NCBI GenBank assembly: GCA_030704665.1 | Contig: JAUYID010000009.1 | Location: 256,832-320,831, forward strand | DNA length: 64,000 bases | Direction of reading: 5' to 3' | From: a bacterium | GTDB taxonomy: Bacteria > Patescibacteriota > Microgenomatia > Woykebacterales > RBG-16-39-9b | The notes under the pieces: model-generated | The model's input: the letters and a program-made list of their open reading frames with translations, nothing else | Told to the model about the DNA's origin: nothing | The model's database searches: none | In this document: piece after piece, positions 1-7,997 of the stretch | How the letters are laid out: every line of letters starts with the position of its first letter | Position numbering within the stretch: position 1 is the stretch's first letter | Program-made: the position numbers and the translations under genes

Positions 1-70
1 TAGTTTTAAAACACATCGACCTGACTATAAATCTTTAGTTTCTCAGCAAACAACGTCTTGATCGAGATAA

Positions 71-259
71 CTAACCTTGAATAAGGATACCAAATAATTT
101 CGTAAACAGAAAGTCCAGGGCACCGATGAAGGCTCCCATGACTACAGTTACTACGACTACCACTGCGGTCATGCGAATAGTTTGTCCCCGAGTAGGCCAG
201 TTTACTTTGGCAAGTTCACTGCGGACTTCGAAAAAAAAGTTAAAAACATTTTTGAACAT
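71..259 (-). CDS. secE: Preprotein translocase subunit SecE
   Basis: EVRSELAKVNWPT motif followed by one TM helix; lies downstream of rpmG/tRNA-Trp as usual. Confidence 0.95.
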   Translation of the reverse strand: MFKNVFNFFFEVRSELAKVNWPTRGQTIRMTAVVVVVTVVMGAFIGALDFLFTKLFGILIQG

Positions 260-323
260 TTTGCTGCCGCGATTCTATCACAAGTTGAGAATTAGGTAAA
301 GATAAGCCCAAAACTTGCTCTCT

Positions 324-1499
324 TCAAGACTCAATACCTTTGATTTCGAGCAGTTTTTCGAGCCTCTCCGTCTTGCTTTGGGCTTCTTGGACAAGCTTTT
401 CGTTTTCCGAAAAGAGTTTGTCTTGAGCTTCTAGAGCTAAGGCGTTGGCGATAGAAGCGGCAAACTGATCAGAAAGGTTTTCCAAAAAATCGCTTTCTTC
501 CTGGCTAAACTTGATGTGGTGGTGTCCCAGCGCCAAAAGACCGAGAAGTCTGTCCTGATAGATCAAAGGGGAAATCAACAAAGAAGACAGAGAGAGGCCC
601 CCAAGATGGGGAAGGTGTTTTTTCACGAACTCTTCATCCGCCCGAAAAGTTTTTTTATTTTTCTCTATCCAACTTGTGAGATCAGTACGTATGTTTTCGG
701 GGTTTAGATTTTCAGCCCGAGTTTGGAGAAGGTTGTGGGCTGAGATAGTACGCCAACCCTGGTCCTGATCTGTCCTTAAAATTATCAAACCTAGATGAGC
801 GTTGAATTCTTTGGCCACGCGTTCTAGGACTTTAGTCAGAGTCTCAGAAAGGGGTTTACGGGCCAGGGTTTCTTGATTGAGAAACCCAACTAAGTCGCTC
901 TCAATCAAGCGTTCGTTGAGCTGCTGACCAACCGCTAAGTTTTTCTTTTCACTATCATGGATGTCGGAAACTAGGAGTAGAGCATAGAGCCCGAGGAGAA
1001 GCACTTGAGAGGCAGTCAGAAAAAAATTGGTCACACTGTCAGGAGAGACCGTCACTTTAGTTGTTCCAGTGAGAAAATGAAGGATAAGAAATTCGAGGAT
1101 CAAAATAAAGATAATTAAAGTACGAATCTTGTTGGTAGTAACTAGGGAAGAAAGAAGGATGATGGTGTAGAAAAAAACAAAGGGGCTAGCTAGACCGCCG
1201 GTGATTTGGACAATAAAGCCGATAAAAGTAAGATTGATCAAGTTCAAAATAAAGTAAATGTTGGGTTTGAAGAAAGAAGTGGGCAAGAATTTATAAATCA
1301 AAAAATTGGCCATACCAGCAGCAAGAGCAAAAAACTCAAGAAAGTAGCGGTTGGTTTGAAAAAGTGGAGTAAATTGGATGATAAGGATGGCATAGGTTAC
1401 CGCTGCAACGGTGGTGATACTGCTGAGACGGCGAAAACGTTGCAGCTGAAATTTATTTAGAGTTTCCTCAGCATTGCGGCGATCAAGGGCAGCGGACAT
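324..1499 (-). CDS. Multi-pass membrane protein with C-terminal GAF domain and coiled coil (sensor module, no kinase domain)
   Basis: About 5-6 hydrophobic segments incl. TGGLASPFVFFY; GAF-type SLLISPLIYQDRLLGLLAL...FSQEESDFLENLSDQFAASIANA. Confidence 0.75.
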   Translation of the reverse strand: MSAALDRRNAEETLNKFQLQRFRRLSSITTVAAVTYAILIIQFTPLFQTNRYFLEFFALAAGMANFLIYKFLPTSFFKPNIYFILNLINLTFIGFIVQITGGLASPFVFFYTIILLSSLVTTNKIRTLIIFILILEFLILHFLTGTTKVTVSPDSVTNFFLTASQVLLLGLYALLLVSDIHDSEKKNLAVGQQLNERLIESDLVGFLNQETLARKPLSETLTKVLERVAKEFNAHLGLIILRTDQDQGWRTISAHNLLQTRAENLNPENIRTDLTSWIEKNKKTFRADEEFVKKHLPHLGGLSLSSLLISPLIYQDRLLGLLALGHHHIKFSQEESDFLENLSDQFAASIANALALEAQDKLFSENEKLVQEAQSKTERLEKLLEIKGIES

Positions 1500-1552
1500 A
1501 GGCTGTTTTTAATTTTAGCTCAAATGAAGGGTAAAATCTATCTTTAATGTGC

Positions 1553-2440
1553 TTACTCAGGGAAATACATCGAGCGGACGATTGTGTTGGTGAAATCCAA
1601 TGGGAAATTGCCGTAGGCAACCAAAATTGTGAACTTCAAAATACTACCGGAAGCATTGACCATGTAAAATTCCTCGTCCCCGTTTTTGACCTTACGACAC
1701 TCGCGGGCATTGCCGAAAGTGATGTCGCAAACCGAAGCAGTCGCCTTCGGATATTGGGAAGCTAAATAGCCTGAAAGAGAAATGCCAGATTTTTCTTTTC
1801 TGACTCCAAAACCACCGGAGGACTCACCAGCGGAAAACTGAAAGGTATTTGGATCGCCCTCGGAGAGCTCGATTTTGTAACTTTCTGGGTAAATGAACTT
1901 GAAATTGAGCTCGTCAAAAGAATAAATCTTAAGAGCAACTTTGGGTTTTTTGCTTGTCACATACTTTTTGGCGACATAGCCGCGAGTAGTCGCCTCAACC
2001 AAGTACCACTTGTCCTGCTCGGAAATAATCTCCATTGTGGTTCCGTTGGGTAGAGTTTGAATGAGACGGGAAGCAGTGGTAGGTTCCTCTCGAAGGTTGA
2101 GCCCATCAACTGATTTGACATAGCCCAAAGTCTTTGGTTTCTCCTCTTTTTTTGGTTGGGCTTTTGCAGACTCAGTTGCTTGCGTAGTAGATTTGTTCGA
2201 GCGGGTCTTTTTCGATTGATTAATAAAGAAAATTATACTGAGAAAAATTGCTATACCAAGGAGGATTGCCCCGAGAATTTGGACTAAGCGGTTAGTAAAA
2301 AAATTACCAGACGATTCTTTTCGCAAAGCCGGGTAAGGTGTTTGAGTTGGCGGGGTGGGTGGTGGGGAAGACTGCCTTTCCGGCACTGGTGCGGAAGCGG
2401 GGTTTTCTGCTCTGCTAGTTGGTTCCGAAGTTTCTTCCAT
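1553..2440 (-). CDS. Membrane-anchored SH3b-domain protein
   Basis: Pro-rich N-terminus, one TM, GLNLREEPTTASRLIQTLPNGT...KWYLV...GYVAKKYV; start placed at ATG 2440. Confidence 0.8.
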   Translation of the reverse strand: MEETSEPTSRAENPASAPVPERQSSPPPTPPTQTPYPALRKESSGNFFTNRLVQILGAILLGIAIFLSIIFFINQSKKTRSNKSTTQATESAKAQPKKEEKPKTLGYVKSVDGLNLREEPTTASRLIQTLPNGTTMEIISEQDKWYLVEATTRGYVAKKYVTSKKPKVALKIYSFDELNFKFIYPESYKIELSEGDPNTFQFSAGESSGGFGVRKEKSGISLSGYLASQYPKATASVCDITFGNARECRKVKNGDEEFYMVNASGSILKFTILVAYGNFPLDFTNTIVRSMYFPE

Positions 2441-2542
2441 GAGTGCAATATTAAACGGAAATCTTTTTAGAAACAAGGAGTATTTTTTGGGGAGCGTAGG
2501 CGAGGTTCGAAAATGTCGCCTACGCTGCTCCCTCTTTTCTTC

Positions 2543-3610
2543 TTAACGCTCGTCTTCCAGACCGGGTAAGAGTTCATTGACGAGGTTGGCCGAGAGGAAC
2601 TCTTGGATCCTTGCGGGGTCGTCAGGAAAAATACCGAGGGCCTGGCGGAACTTGAAGTCAGCCATGTCGGGAGTCAGGCTTTCCAAGCTGAGAGCACCCG
2701 CGTCCTTCAGCTTCTGACCAAGTTCGTAGCGAGTCAAGATGACCCGACCGTCTTGGAAAGGTGAGAGGATAGCACAATAGACGCCTCGGTCGGTAGCGTA
2801 TTTTACCGCTTCGATCCAGGAACAGGTTTGCTTGCCTTCTGCATCTTCCCAGGGTTGGTCCGAAAGCTGACCGGCACCCTTACATTGGATGATAATCCCT
2901 TTGTATTCGCCAGAGTCGACGATGATCCTCAGCCCAATTGGGTTGGTGTCCCGCCGCGCTTCGGAAAGCGACCAGACTCGTCGCTCGTAGATCGTGTCAA
3001 GACGTAGTCCTTGAATGGCCAAAGCAGCGTCACGATGCTTCAGACCATCAAGGTGCATGATTCTTGGCCAGACATGGGCAACCGGTGGTCTACCCGGACT
3101 GTCAACGTAGTTTGGGTCGCTCTCCCTTTGTTTCTTGAGACGGCTGCCGTCGAAGACGTCGCCAACACACACCGTGTAGACACCGACGACCCCCTTGCGA
3201 ACGAAGGAAGCAGCTAGGCGCAACGAATTCTCCAGTTGCATGACGGCATCAGTACCAGGCTCTTCTCGCGACATTTGAGAGCCGATCACCAAGACGGGCT
3301 TTTGCAAGGTCTGTTTGAAAACCATGCAGAAGACGGCAGTCGTTTCCGCCAGTGAGTCAGTGCCGTGGAGTACGACGAAGGCGTCGTAGTCCTGATAGAC
3401 GGAGGCGATTTCCTGACACATCTGGATTCGATCCGAGTGTGGAATGTTGGTGCTATCCTGGAGTCTGTAGAACTCCTTCAGTTCGAGTTGGGTATCTCCA
3501 GGGACCTTCAAACCCTTGTACAGCTCAGCCGCAGTCAGGGCGGGTCGCAGAGGGTGGCCAACCATTCCGATGGTGCCACCAGTGTTCAGAACGAAAACCT
3601 TCATGACCAT
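2543..3610 (-). CDS. ansA: L-asparaginase/GatD-family amidohydrolase (type I-like)
   Basis: NTGGTIG and HGTDSL catalytic motifs, KPVLVIGSQ; GC-richer than its neighbours. Confidence 0.85.
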   Translation of the reverse strand: MVMKVFVLNTGGTIGMVGHPLRPALTAAELYKGLKVPGDTQLELKEFYRLQDSTNIPHSDRIQMCQEIASVYQDYDAFVVLHGTDSLAETTAVFCMVFKQTLQKPVLVIGSQMSREEPGTDAVMQLENSLRLAASFVRKGVVGVYTVCVGDVFDGSRLKKQRESDPNYVDSPGRPPVAHVWPRIMHLDGLKHRDAALAIQGLRLDTIYERRVWSLSEARRDTNPIGLRIIVDSGEYKGIIIQCKGAGQLSDQPWEDAEGKQTCSWIEAVKYATDRGVYCAILSPFQDGRVILTRYELGQKLKDAGALSLESLTPDMADFKFRQALGIFPDDPARIQEFLSANLVNELLPGLEDER

Positions 3611-3764
3611 CTCTCCAGTTTGTTTTGAGCAGTGGGAGTGTGGGGATGTTTTCCCTAGAAAACTTTAGGGTCAAAGCTTACTAGGAGAAAAATCCTAAAT
3701 AGGTTGCCATTTTAACCGAAAGACATCTTGTAGTCAAAAAGGATTGGGTGTGTAAGAAATTTAT

Positions 3765-3826
3765 TGGCAGGGGCGGTCGGAGGTGCAACCTTCGGTTGCT
3801 GCTTTTGCTAACGCAAAAGTCGAACT
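3765..3826 (-). repeat. tRNA 3'-end copy (T-loop to CCA) interrupted by a twin-hairpin insert
   Basis: Minus strand GTTCGA-[CTTTTGC GTTA GCAAAAG CA GCAACC GAA GGTTGC AC]-CTCCGACCGCCCCTGCCA, directly after tRNA-Trp. Confidence 0.7.
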
Positions 3827-3831
3827 ACTTT

Positions 3832-3905
3832 TGGCAGGCCCGGAGGGAATCGAACCCCCAATAGTGGTTTTGGAGACCGCTGTTATACCATTTAACTACG
3901 GGCCT
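3832..3905 (-). tRNA. tRNA-Trp (CCA)
   Basis: AGGCCCG...CTCCAAA anticodon loop...GGTTCGATT...CGGGCCTGCCA cloverleaf. Confidence 0.95.
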
Positions 3906-3962
3906 AAGCCTAACTAGGTAAGGCGGATTTTAACTTATTTTCAGTTTAAATTCAATGAAAAT

Positions 3963-4130
3963 TTACTTTTTAACTTCGTTGTGAGGGGTGACTTTTCGAC
4001 AATGCTGACAAAATTTGTTAAAGGCCACTCTTTCAGGGTCGTTGATTTTGTTCTTTTCAGTTGTGTAGTTTTGATTCTTGCACTCGGAGCAGGCAAGATT
4101 GATCAAAATTCTTTTACCTTTTTTTGCCAT
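3963..4130 (-). CDS. rpmG: 50S ribosomal protein L33 (not in the ORF track)
   Basis: Manual translation MAKKGKRILINLACSECKNQNYTTEKNKINDPERVAFNKFCQHCRKVTPHNEVKK. Confidence 0.95.
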   Translation of the reverse strand: MAKKGKRILINLACSECKNQNYTTEKNKINDPERVAFNKFCQHCRKVTPHNEVKK

Positions 4131-4178
4131 TTTTAAAAAACCTCGTTTCTATAGTTTACCTTGCTCAGTCAAATTTTC

Positions 4179-4244
4179 TGGAGCCGAGAGAGGAATGTTC
4201 AAGCTACGCTTGCTGATTTCGCTCTCGCGAAATACGCACCCACT
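4179..4244 (-). repeat. tRNA 3'-end copy interrupted by a twin-hairpin insert
   Basis: Minus strand ...ATTTCGC GAGA GCGAAAT CAG CAAGC GTA GCTTG AAC ATTCCTCTCTCGGCTCCA, after tRNA-Thr(TGT). Confidence 0.65.
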
Positions 4245-4261
4245 TTCAGCTGTTTTAGTTT

Positions 4262-4336
4262 TGGAGCCGTCCGTCGGACTCGAACCGACAACCTGCTGTT
4301 TACAAAACAGCTGCTCTACCATTGAGCTAGGACGGC
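4262..4336 (-). tRNA. tRNA-Thr (TGT)
   Basis: GCCGTCCTAGCTCAATGGTAGAGC...TTTGTAA...GGTTCGAGTCC...GGACGGCTCCA. Confidence 0.95.
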
Positions 4337-4362
4337 ACATGTGCCGGGAACTATTTACAAAT

Positions 4363-4449
4363 TGGTGCCGAGGGAAGGATTCGAACCTCCGTAGCCGTAA
4401 AGGCGCCTGATTTACAGTCAGGTACAATTGACCGCTCTGTCACCTCGGC
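4363..4449 (-). tRNA. tRNA-Tyr (GTA)
   Basis: GCCGAGG...CTGTAAA, long variable arm, GGTTCGAATCC...CCTCGGCACCA. Confidence 0.95.
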
Positions 4450-4472
4450 ACAAAACTTGAGTTTATTATAAC

Positions 4473-4537
4473 TGGAGCCTGGAGTGGGGATAGACCGCTG
4501 CGCGTTCTGCGCTGGCTTCGCCATCTTTGACCCCCAC
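4473..4537 (-). repeat. tRNA 3'-end copy (T-stem GTGGG/CCCAC, acceptor strand TCCAGGC-T-CCA) with insert in the T-loop
   Basis: Minus strand GTGGGGGTCAAA-[GATGGCGAAGCCAGCGCAGAACGCGCAGCGGTCT]-ATCCCCACTCCAGGCTCCA. Confidence 0.65.
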
Positions 4538-4542
4538 TTTTC

Positions 4543-4617
4543 TGGAGCCGACACTGGGACTCGAACCCAGGACCTCGTTCTTACCAAGAACGCGCTCTTC
4601 CTCTGAGCCATGTCGGC
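4543..4617 (-). tRNA. tRNA-Thr (GGT)
   Basis: GCCGACATGGCTCAG...TTGGTAA...GGTTCGAGTCCC...TGTCGGCTCCA. Confidence 0.95.
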
Positions 4618-4636
4618 AAACATTGAAAATTGTTAA

Positions 4637-4815
4637 GTGCTCTAAGCCCCGACTAAGTCGGGGCACAGGATGCTTTAGCATCCTACCACTGAGCCATCCA
4701 GGCCAAAAGCGCTCTAAGTCCAATGGACGCAGAATGCTCTAGCATTCTACCACTGAGCCATGTCGGCGTAAGACTGGCGAGGCGGCAAGCTTTGCTTACC
4801 ACTGAGCCAGCCAGG
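4637..4815 (-). repeat. Three tandem tRNA 5'-end copies (acceptor strand + D-arm) with inserts in the D-loop
   Basis: CCTGGCTGGCTCAGTGGT..., GCCGACATGGCTCAGTGGT[insert]AGAGCGC, GCCTGGATGGCTCAGTGGT[insert]AGAGCAC. Confidence 0.75.
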
Positions 4816-4829
4816 TGAATCGAGGATGA

Positions 4830-4858
4830 ATTATAGCAAAGAGTTTTGTTTGCGGCAA
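4830..4858 (-). promoter_or_regulatory. Sigma70 promoter of the tRNA-rpmG operon
   Basis: TTGCCG-N17-TATAAT with extended -10 TG. Confidence 0.7.
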
Positions 4859-4884
4859 TTGACTAAGAAGTAAAAGCAAAAGAG

Positions 4885-4918
4885 CCAACAAAACTCCACG
4901 ATCGTACAATTTGTTCTA
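4885..4918 (-). repeat. 34-bp palindromic dispersed repeat, copy A
   Basis: Reverse complement TAGAACAAATTGTACGATCGTGGAGTTTTGTTGG; 33/34 identical to copy B. Confidence 0.9.
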
Positions 4919-4960
4919 CTTAAAAAAACCTTTTAATTTTTCAAAAAGGGCTGAGAAATG

Positions 4961-5000
4961 AGAAAGGGCCCCCGCGAAAATGTCTGTGCGGGGGCCCTTT
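4961..5000 (-). terminator. Intrinsic terminator of the orphan gene at 5029-5505
   Basis: AAAGGGCCCCCGC...GCGGGGGCCCTTT hairpin. Confidence 0.7.
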
Positions 5001-5028
5001 GCTCTTTCCATGTGTTCTCGGCCGTCGT

Positions 5029-5505
5029 TCAGCAGGTCTTGCTTCGCAAGTTGCCGGTGGCGACGATCTGTCTGTCCGCGTTCTCGATGACGGCGGAGCA
5101 GGGGCCGGCGAGAGAGTTGTCCCAGGTACCACTGCCGTACTTGCTCTGAACCACCTTGTGGTGGGAGAGCGTGAAGTGAGTGGATCCGAAACTGGCGCAG
5201 GGACACTCACCGTTCTTGCCGGAGGCGAGACCGACGTAGCCTTCCGTGAGGCCGCTGACGACCAAGACACGGAATTCGTAGCTCACGGTGGTCCCGGTCG
5301 AGAGAGCGGTCACCACCCCAGAGGGCACTTCGCGGCTGGTCACCCGGACCAGAGCGAAGACGTCGTCGTCGCCCCTGACCTGGACGATCTGCGTCGAGGT
5401 GCGCTGGGACGGCGGGCCGCCGGCCGCCGAGGTGGTCCCGGTCGAGACGAAGGTCGCGAAGATGCCGAGAAAGACCAAAACACCGAGAATGGAAAAGAGC
5501 TTCAA
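5029..5505 (-). CDS. Hypothetical secreted protein
   Basis: SD AGGAGGTG before TTG 5505; signal peptide-like N-terminus; four Cys. Confidence 0.6.
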   Translation of the reverse strand: MKLFSILGVLVFLGIFATFVSTGTTSAAGGPPSQRTSTQIVQVRGDDDVFALVRVTSREVPSGVVTALSTGTTVSYEFRVLVVSGLTEGYVGLASGKNGECPCASFGSTHFTLSHHKVVQSKYGSGTWDNSLAGPCSAVIENADRQIVATGNLRSKTC

Positions 5506-5634
5506 GTGTGCACCTCCTAAGTGCTGCATGAATCCCTCTACGGGAGCTTGATTGATACTAAAAATTATAGCATAAATAAGACCTAAAGTCAATTACTATA
5601 AGACACTAGTAGCTGATGTTTCCTACCGGAAACC

Positions 5635-5725
5635 AGCTACTGCGTGTCTTGAGCTCAAGCATAGTCTGACGACTAAGTTTTTCTGAAACGCAGAGCGCTT
5701 TAGCGATCTATTGGCTTGATCTTGG
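5635..5725 (-). repeat. ~90-bp dispersed repeat, copy 1 (inverted relative to 7717-7805)
   Basis: Reverse complement CCAAGATCAAGCCAATAGATCGCTAAAGCGCTCTGCGTTTC...GTCAGACTATGCTTGAGC...CGCAGTAGCT. Confidence 0.85.
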
Positions 5726-5811
5726 TATCTTTGGAATGATTAAATAGGCTTGCTGCGAATAAAGAGTTGGGAGAAAACAAAAAAGGCCAAGCCAAACGCT
5801 TAGTCCTTTTT

Positions 5812-5989
5812 GTAGCCCTCGAAACCAAATGATTTCTGCCCTAGCAAGTTAGATTACTGAGTCAATCCTCCGCATCTTTAGGTGGGAACTCTGGCTCCTA
5901 GCCCAAGGGATAGGCGCACTCCGAGTCTGCCCGAATGTGGAAATTTAACAAAGAAGAATTGCTTACAGCCACTCTCCTTGTAGGGCAAC
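5812..5989 (-). ncRNA. ssrS: Probable 6S RNA
   Basis: ~180 nt; termini pair (GTTGCCCT/AGGGCTAC); Firmicutes-6S-like CCCACCT...GCGG segment; TG-extended -10 upstream and hairpin terminator at about 5780-5811. Confidence 0.55.
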
Positions 5990-6029
5990 TTTTTTATAGC
6001 ACAATTTGTGAAAAATTCAAAGAGACAAG

Positions 6030-6680
6030 CTAGCCCCCGGCAATGATGTTGAGGAAGAGACGAACCAAAAAGCCGAGAATCGGAGTGATGAAGTAGCCAC
6101 CAAAGAAAAAAAGTCCGAGCAAAAGGATCGGACCGTACTGTTCCATAGCTGCCCATTGCGCAGCTATGGATTTCGGTAAAACTCCTGTTACGACTTTGAA
6201 ACCATCTAGTGGAGGGATAGGAATGAGGTTAAAGAAGGCCAGAGTCAAATTTAAAATAATTAAAAGAAGGAAAATCGACTCGGTATAAAGATTAAAACTG
6301 AAGAAACGATAGCCTAGACCCGCAAGAGCCGCCAGAAGAAAGTTGGAGGCTGGTCCGGCGAGGGAAATGAGGGCTGCATCGCGGCGCGGATTCTTCAAAT
6401 TCCAGGGGTTAAATGGAGTTGGCTTGGCCCAACCAAAGAGGAAACCGGTTTGTAGCAAAATTAAAATCAAAGGCAAAATGATGGTTCCGAAAAGGTCAAT
6501 GTGGTTAATAGGGTTCAGACTGACCCGTCCTTGAGCTCGCGCCGTTGGATCACCGAGTTTATCAGCCACCCAGGCGTGAGCCGCCTCATGGAGGCTGATT
6601 GAGAGAGCCAAAGCACCAATAGCAAGGCTCAAATTTAAAAATATTTCCGAGAGATTACCACTAGCTAAACCGTTGAGCAT
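6030..6680 (-). CDS. Site-2 protease (M50 family metalloprotease)
   Basis: HEAAH, AGPASN and FNLIPIPPLDG motifs. Confidence 0.95.
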   Translation of the reverse strand: MLNGLASGNLSEIFLNLSLAIGALALSISLHEAAHAWVADKLGDPTARAQGRVSLNPINHIDLFGTIILPLILILLQTGFLFGWAKPTPFNPWNLKNPRRDAALISLAGPASNFLLAALAGLGYRFFSFNLYTESIFLLLIILNLTLAFFNLIPIPPLDGFKVVTGVLPKSIAAQWAAMEQYGPILLLGLFFFGGYFITPILGFLVRLFLNIIAGG

Positions 6681-6734
6681 ACAAGCTTAAGTATACATTT
6701 CTTGGCAAGCTATGTTACAATCTCACGCGAACTG

Positions 6735-6788
6735 GTCATCCTGAATGAAATGAAGGATCTGAGATTCTTCGCTCCCGCTCAGAATGAC
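6735..6788. repeat. GTCATCCTGA...TCAG(A/G)ATGAC palindromic miniature repeat, in the rpmB leader
   Basis: GTCATCCTGAATGAAATGAAGGATCTGAGATTCTTCGCTCCCGCTCAGAATGAC. Confidence 0.85.
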
Positions 6789-6809
6789 ATTTTTAGTTTT
6801 CTAAATTTT

Positions 6810-7172
6810 ATGTATATTTGTGAACGTTGTGGAAAAGGTCTGCAGGTGGGGATGAATGTTTCCCACTCTCACCGCCGAACCAAAAAACGCAGTTTGCCGA
6901 ATCTTCACTTGACTAGCCTTTACATTGGAGGCAAGAGAGTGACCGCTCGCTACTGCACCAAATGTGTCCGCATCATGCGGGCTGCTTATCCATACACCCA
7001 GCCAACGGCTGATATGGTAGTTGTTAAAGATGTGAAGGAAAGTCCCAAAGCGAAAGTTCACGAACCCAAAAAAGAAGTAAAAGAAACCAAAAAGGGGGGC
7101 GAGCTGAAAGCCGAAGATATTGAAGATATTGTTGAAACTACCTCTGAGCCAGAAGCAGTCCCCGCGAGCTAA
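6810..7172 (+). CDS. rpmB: 50S ribosomal protein L28 with long Lys/Glu-rich C-terminal extension
   Basis: CERCGKGLQVGMNVSHSHRRTKKRSLPNL...CTKC; start at ATG 6810. Confidence 0.9.
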   Translation: MYICERCGKGLQVGMNVSHSHRRTKKRSLPNLHLTSLYIGGKRVTARYCTKCVRIMRAAYPYTQPTADMVVVKDVKESPKAKVHEPKKEVKETKKGGELKAEDIEDIVETTSEPEAVPAS

Positions 7173-7236
7173 TTTGCAATTTCCCCAAACAAAAGTATAG
7201 AATCCCTCCAACTACAGCATAGAAGGAGAGTGTGTT

Positions 7237-7656
7237 ATGGATCAACAAGAGCTACAGGTAATGACCGTGGCCGTGGCCGTCAATGGGGAAAAGATGCGCA
7301 ATCTTCTCCTGCGGCAGAACGACCCACGCAATCCCAACTGGTTCTGGGGGTTGGGAAAGATCGGCAAGAACGAGGTCTGCGTCGTTGTTGGTGGGAGACC
7401 TGACGGCAAGAAGACAGCTGTCTCGTTCAGCTTTACTCAAGAGCGTGGCCATCGGATTGAGGGCCGCGACCTACCTGTCAGAGGGATCGGCGACTGGCAT
7501 GTGGCCAGTTGGAATGTTCGTACTCCGTCTCGAACCAGCTTTCCGGGAGAACCGTCACTGCTACGTCACAGCCTACGAGTGAGCCTGATCCGAGTCTCCA
7601 AGCCACACCTGCCCCGCGAGCGCAATGCTGAGAAGAGGGTGTCGAAGAAGAGGTAG
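7237..7656 (+). CDS. Hypothetical protein (orphan)
   Basis: SD GAAGGAG, upstream -10, downstream hairpin 7682-7708. Confidence 0.6.
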   Translation: MDQQELQVMTVAVAVNGEKMRNLLLRQNDPRNPNWFWGLGKIGKNEVCVVVGGRPDGKKTAVSFSFTQERGHRIEGRDLPVRGIGDWHVASWNVRTPSRTSFPGEPSLLRHSLRVSLIRVSKPHLPRERNAEKRVSKKR

Positions 7657-7716
7657 AGAAGAAACTCCAAACCACACAACCGAGGGTCGCGTCCCCCGAC
7701 CGACCCTCTCCCTAAC

Positions 7717-7805
7717 CCAAGATCAAGCAAATAGATCGCTAAAGCGCTCTGCGTTTCCAAAAACTAAGTGTCAGACTATGCTTGAGCGCAGGATTCGCAG
7801 TAGCT
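7717..7805 (+). repeat. ~90-bp dispersed repeat, copy 2
   Basis: CCAAGATCAAGCAAATAGATCGCTAAAGCGCTCTGCGTTTCC...GTCAGACTATGCTTGAGC...CGCAGTAGCT. Confidence 0.85.
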
Positions 7806-7997
7806 AATCTTCTCTAGAAGATATTAGCTACGAGGATCCTATAGTGTTTGACTTTTAGCCTCCGGTATGCTATATTACGCCAGTTCTTTAAATACAATAT
7901 CCTTACTGGATTACCTGATTTGGTGGTTATAAATTTTTTGACTTTCAAGTTGGGTAATTCAGTTGAAATCCGTATGAAGCGGAGGAAGGAACAGCTC

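Noticed and set aside
4078-4742. ORFs overlapping the tRNA cluster
   Set aside because: Shadow ORFs over tRNA genes with no protein features.
3765-4815. Integrase-driven genomic island at the tRNAs
   Set aside because: No integrase in the window. The fragments are adjacent to the tRNAs and not identical to them.
6702-6809. N-terminal extension of L28 in the ORF track
   Set aside because: It is the translation of the promoter and the GTCA...TGAC repeat; the conserved start is ATG 6810.
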